Of a stretch of DNA of 61,172 bases, positions 56,575 through 61,172 are shown in pieces. The DNA lies in the NCBI RefSeq assembly GCF_000281045.1, contig NW_008246076.1, forward strand, positions 607,547 to 668,718, in the 5' to 3' direction. The notes below the pieces were generated by a model. It had not been told where the DNA came from, searched no databases, and worked only from the letters and a program-made list of their open reading frames with translations. Numbering within the stretch: position 1 is the first letter of the stretch; each line of letters opens with the position of its first letter. The DNA comes from Saprolegnia diclina VS20. Taxonomy: Eukaryota. The translations under genes and the position numbers were made by a program.

Positions 56575-59500
56575 ATGGCGCGCCGAGGACAGCTCCGGTG
56601 GTTCTCGACCTACATGATGCTGGCCTGCGCGCTCCTCCTCCAGCGCATCCTCGCCCAAGAAGGTAGACGCAATGAGCATGGAGCCCTTGATGAGAGCTCT
56701 CGATAGAGTCCAAGGAAGCCAAGGGAGCCAAGGGCTCGCATGAGGCGACCGAGGCCAGTCATGAAGACGAGGCAACCGAAGCCTACTACACGGCTATCGC
56801 CTCGGTGGTCACGATCACTGCGCTCATCTTCATGTCCATCGTCTTTGAGACCGTACGACGCGATTCCTGCATCTACCTCTACAGCTAAGCTGTGACCTTA
56901 GGCCTCGGAGCACCTCAAGGAGTCGACGGAAGAGACCAACATGCCGTTCATCAGCACCATCTTTAGCGAGCTCACAACGCTGGGCTTTATTGGCTCGGTG
57001 CTCTTCGTCGTCTCCAAGTCGGGGTACCTCGAAAAGGTACCTCATGACGCAGCACGACGCGGTCTTGACGAGCCTGGTGTAGGCGTCCGTGGTGCTCTTT
57101 GGCGAGGACAAGAAGGAAGAGCTTCAAGAGACTGTCGAGATGCTTCATATGGCGCTCTTCCTCTTTGTGATCATCTTCCTTCTTCTCTGCATGTACGTGC
57201 ACCCGCATCGACATGCTGTTCATATGGAGAGCGTAGCGTCTTGCTCAAGCTCGGTACCGGTGTGCAAAACGAATGGCGCGAGTTTGAACGCCGGTCCCCG
57301 TACCTCCCGGTGGTCGTCTCAGATTTCTGCCTCGCTACCGAGCCCCCGACGTCATTTTGGGAAAAATTCAACTACCGGCGGCTCCTCGAAGGGTCCAAAC
57401 GGCGCCGCGAGATGGTCTACCTCAGCCTCCGCCGGCGGTTTGTGGACGTACGCTCCAACCACCCAGTACGTCGTCTCTCCATGCCCTCAATGCTACCTTG
57501 CGCAACTCGAATCTGACATATATTAGGACCCGTTGCGCTGCAAGGAGATGGAAAAGGAATATCAAGTGAACCAAAACATTCGGTACAAGCTATTTACACG
57601 CACCGAATCACTCATAAATATGTAGGTTTCCGTTCAACGAATACCTCTCGATCATTTCCGGCGAAGTCATGGCGCGCCTCATCGAGATTGACGTCATTAC
57701 GTGGGTCGCGCTCGAGGTCTTTATCGTGTGCATGCTCTTTGTATGCTGGCAAGTCGGCCCCGAGCACGAAGTCTATGTGCTCGTCGCGTGCGGCATCCTC
57801 CTCATCTTCCTCAATCAAGTTGTGTACGGCCGCGTGCGCAACATGCGCAAGCTCCTCACACCGCCCAAGCTCTTTCGCAAGGCCGAGCGCCGCCGCTTGC
57901 AGCCGGATTGGCGCCGCCAGAACCAACTCGTGCCAGCCCAGCCGCTCTCGTCGCCGACCGAGAAATCTCCACTGCTACTGGCTTCGTCGTCGTCGTGGGT
58001 GCGTGGGCTCGATTCGAGGTTTATAATTATGCTTATATTTTAGGAAAAGGTCCCGTCCGACTCGAACCCGCCGTACTTGGCGATGCTGCCCAACGGCGGC
58101 ATGGACATGGACTACAACGATCTTACGAACGCACAAAAGAAGCTGCTCGGTGGCGGCAACGGCGTGCTCCTCGCCATGTTTTCGACGCGCATGGTGTTCC
58201 TCCTGACCGCGCTCCACCTCTCGGTGTTTCTGGTGCGCACGATGGGCCAGATCCACACCAGCAGTGTGTATCCGTGGTGGGAAAAGGTCATCTTGTACGT
58301 GCTGCTCGCGCTCCCGAGCTGCATGGTGACGTCCATGTCGACCATCATTGCGCGTGTACGTCATAAAAGTCATCTTGTCTTGTGCTATGATATGGGCATG
58401 GTAGGACGGTCTCTACTCGTTCAACGTCGAGCACATGAAAGTGCCGCGGGTGATCAACAAGGTCATGCGCATTCTGAAGGCGCGGTCGACGCTGCGCACG
58501 CTGCGGTTCATTGCGGAGATGAAGGTCTACCTCCGTGAAGACCACAAGAAGAACAACCCGCACCTCACGCACGACGACGAGGGCCCGAGCCACCATATCG
58601 TTATGGGCAGCAAGCGCGGGTCCTTGGACGGCATCTCGTTCCATGCCGAGACCCAGCGACTCGTCGAGTCCCCGACCAAGAACAAGACATCCGAAGCGCT
58701 GAGCAAGCACAAGCACGAATCGCCGAGCGTGCGCATGCAGTACGAGCTGCCCATGTCGCCACTGAGCGAGCCGCCGACGCCCAAGCGCAAGCTGAGTACC
58801 GAGACTAACCTGCGCCACGACAAGCATTCACACAAGGACAAGTACGAAGAGGAGCTCGAACGCCGCGAGATTGGCGCGATCTTTGAGCTCTTTGATCGTG
58901 ACGTGTACGCATGGATGCCTTTATAGGTTGTGTGGACTGATACATTGAAACATTTGATAGATCCGGATCGATCTCGCGCAATGAGATGCAGACGTTGCTG
59001 CAAGCGATCTCGTCCGACATGACAATGGACCAGATCAATCGCATCATGATCGAGCTCGATGAAAACCACACGGGCGAAGTGCAGTTTGAAGCGTTCTACA
59101 ACTGGTGCCGTAGCCGCATCCACGTACGTCCCTTCTCGGAGACCAGTAGAAGCAGGAACATGCTGTGTGATTCAGGAGCACTCGTCGTCGTTCTCCAAGC
59201 ACGAGTTGATCCACGAAGTCTTCAACATGATCGACACGGACCGCAGCGGCTTTATCACTGTCGACGTACGACAACAACACATAGCGACTGCATGTTAATG
59301 GTATTTTGTAGGAATTCATTTCGATTTTCAGCAAACTCGGGCAGTCGCTCGACCACGACGACGTGCGCGAACTCATTTACCAAATGGACAGCAACGACGA
59401 CGGCAAGATCGACCTCGAGGTACGCATCTATACGTCAATAAATCGTAGCTGACGCGACCGACAGGAATTTTCCAAAATGCTGCACAAGCACGCCGTATAA
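56575..59500 (+). CDS. MLO-like multi-TM protein with signal peptide and four C-terminal EF-hands, multi-exon
   Basis: Spliced start MARRGQLRWFSTYMMLACALLLQRILAQE. MLO-like SELTTLGFIGSVLF, EMLHMALFLFVIIF and FPFNEYLS..LIEIDVITW. EF-hands DRD/SGSISRNE, DENHTGEVQFE, DTDRSGFITVD and DSNDDGKIDLEE. Confidence 0.75.
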
Positions 59501-59601
59501 GGCGACAAATGCACACTAGTACATTGCTTTCTTTGAGTCCCAACGGCTTTGACTCACCTCACACTCTATTCCATTGCATTTGCTGTGAAAACGTCACCAC
59601 T

Positions 59602-60201
59602 NNNNNNNNNNNNNNNNNNNNNNNNNNNNNNNNNNNNNNNNNNNNNNNNNNNNNNNNNNNNNNNNNNNNNNNNNNNNNNNNNNNNNNNNNNNNNNNNNNN
59701 NNNNNNNNNNNNNNNNNNNNNNNNNNNNNNNNNNNNNNNNNNNNNNNNNNNNNNNNNNNNNNNNNNNNNNNNNNNNNNNNNNNNNNNNNNNNNNNNNNNN
59801 NNNNNNNNNNNNNNNNNNNNNNNNNNNNNNNNNNNNNNNNNNNNNNNNNNNNNNNNNNNNNNNNNNNNNNNNNNNNNNNNNNNNNNNNNNNNNNNNNNNN
59901 NNNNNNNNNNNNNNNNNNNNNNNNNNNNNNNNNNNNNNNNNNNNNNNNNNNNNNNNNNNNNNNNNNNNNNNNNNNNNNNNNNNNNNNNNNNNNNNNNNNN
60001 NNNNNNNNNNNNNNNNNNNNNNNNNNNNNNNNNNNNNNNNNNNNNNNNNNNNNNNNNNNNNNNNNNNNNNNNNNNNNNNNNNNNNNNNNNNNNNNNNNNN
60101 NNNNNNNNNNNNNNNNNNNNNNNNNNNNNNNNNNNNNNNNNNNNNNNNNNNNNNNNNNNNNNNNNNNNNNNNNNNNNNNNNNNNNNNNNNNNNNNNNNNN
60201 N
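59602..60201. other. Assembly gap (N run)
   Basis: Run of N. Confidence 1.
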
Positions 60202-60991
60202 GACTTGACCCAAGTCGCTTTGGAACCACTCGAGCTGGAGGTCGCGTTCGCGACGCCAGTTGGTGCCGCCCGTCTTGTGCGTCGACCCGACATAGTCGTC
60301 GAGAAACACCACGTGCACTAGACCAATGTCGATCGAGTAGTAGGTGCGCAGCGCGGCAATGGCATCGGTTGAGATGGGCCCGGGCACGCGACGGAGGTAC
60401 GCGGTGTACGCTTCGCCGCTCTGGGTCGTCTCGTGGTTGCCGTTGATACCTGTGACGGGCAGCCGCGAGAAAATCTTGGACTGCAGGTCAAACCACTTGT
60501 CCCACTTGGGATGCTTCCCGTTCGCATAAGACCAGTCACCCGCCACCAAGATCGCTTGCGTCGACTGGCCGTTGATCGGCGTGAGGAAACTGCGCGTGCT
60601 CCCGTCCGCATAGTCCATGTCCCCGACGATACCGAGAACTGTGGCGGTCTTGTCCTCACCGCCCTTGAGTGGCGCCGTGAATGTCGCTTCAAACGACCCG
60701 ACCGAGTACGTGTACGACGTGCCAGACGCCAAGTTGCAAAAGCTGGCCTTGTGCAAGTACGGCGATGTGTAGCTTTCGACGCTGTACGTGCTCGCGACGG
60801 TCTCGACACTCTGGTCGCCGAAGTTGACGGTGAGTGGCTTGGACTCGGAGCTCGCAAACGAGAGCGAGATGCCGTCGACGCAGTCGCCCGAGATGCCGAG
60901 ATACACTTGGCCGACTGAGGGCGCGGCGACGACCGACGGAAGGGCCAGTGCCGAGAGGAAGAAGCGTGCAAAGCGAGGATGGAAAGACCAT
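60202..60991 (-). CDS. Purple acid phosphatase paralog, partial (3' end in gap; apparent frameshift in the signal peptide)
   Basis: GDMD, AGDWSYANG, GNHE and RTYYSIDIGLVHVVFLDDYVGS closely parallel the 39934-41379 gene. The ATG at 60991 is out of frame by one base. Confidence 0.8.
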
Positions 60992-61172
60992 GGCGAATTG
61001 AAAAGTGGGTGTTTCGGTGGAGGCTGAAGGCTCGGCGGTTGGATCGCTTGCGCTGTGAATTCCACCCATTTTGCTCACGTGTCGTTCGTTGGCTTCAAGG
61101 AGCTTTTGTTCGAAGCAGATGAACGTGACTAGAGTGTACTCGTAGCAAACGAAAAGGCGTCGAGGTTGCATT

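Noticed and set aside
837..59500. C2, TRP, calcyphosin and MLO-EF genes as a calcium-signalling gene cluster
   Set aside because: They are spread over ~58 kb among unrelated housekeeping genes, and such domains are common in oomycetes. No evidence of co-regulation.

Overview
Eukaryotic genomic DNA from an oomycete, probably Saprolegniales. This is inferred from GC-rich compact genes, ~45-60 nt GT-AG introns, an INR/FPR promoter and oomycete-type gene families. The window holds about 25 protein-coding loci and two N-gaps. Recognisable genes: a short-tailed histone H3-like gene (cut by the window edge), a myristoylated pseudokinase-C2-ankyrin protein with a decayed tandem copy, AMBRA1-like WD40, two folate-biopterin transporters, an acylated globin, an ankyrin-rich TRP-like channel, a GBF1/GNOM-like Sec7 ARF-GEF, an intron-containing MinE, BRCA1/BARD1-like RING-BRCT, two purple acid phosphatases, CCDC148-like, AP-1 sigma, a PAM2-CCCH-Smr protein, a calcyphosin-like EF-hand protein and an MLO-like protein with EF-hands. 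The main signal missed by the ORF track is a minus-strand snoRNA cluster at ~38.5-39.56 kb. It contains five C/D and one or two H/ACA candidates, including a duplicated C/D RNA with compensated non-canonical boxes, downstream of an INR/FPR promoter. All family assignments come from motif recognition by eye; no database searches were run.
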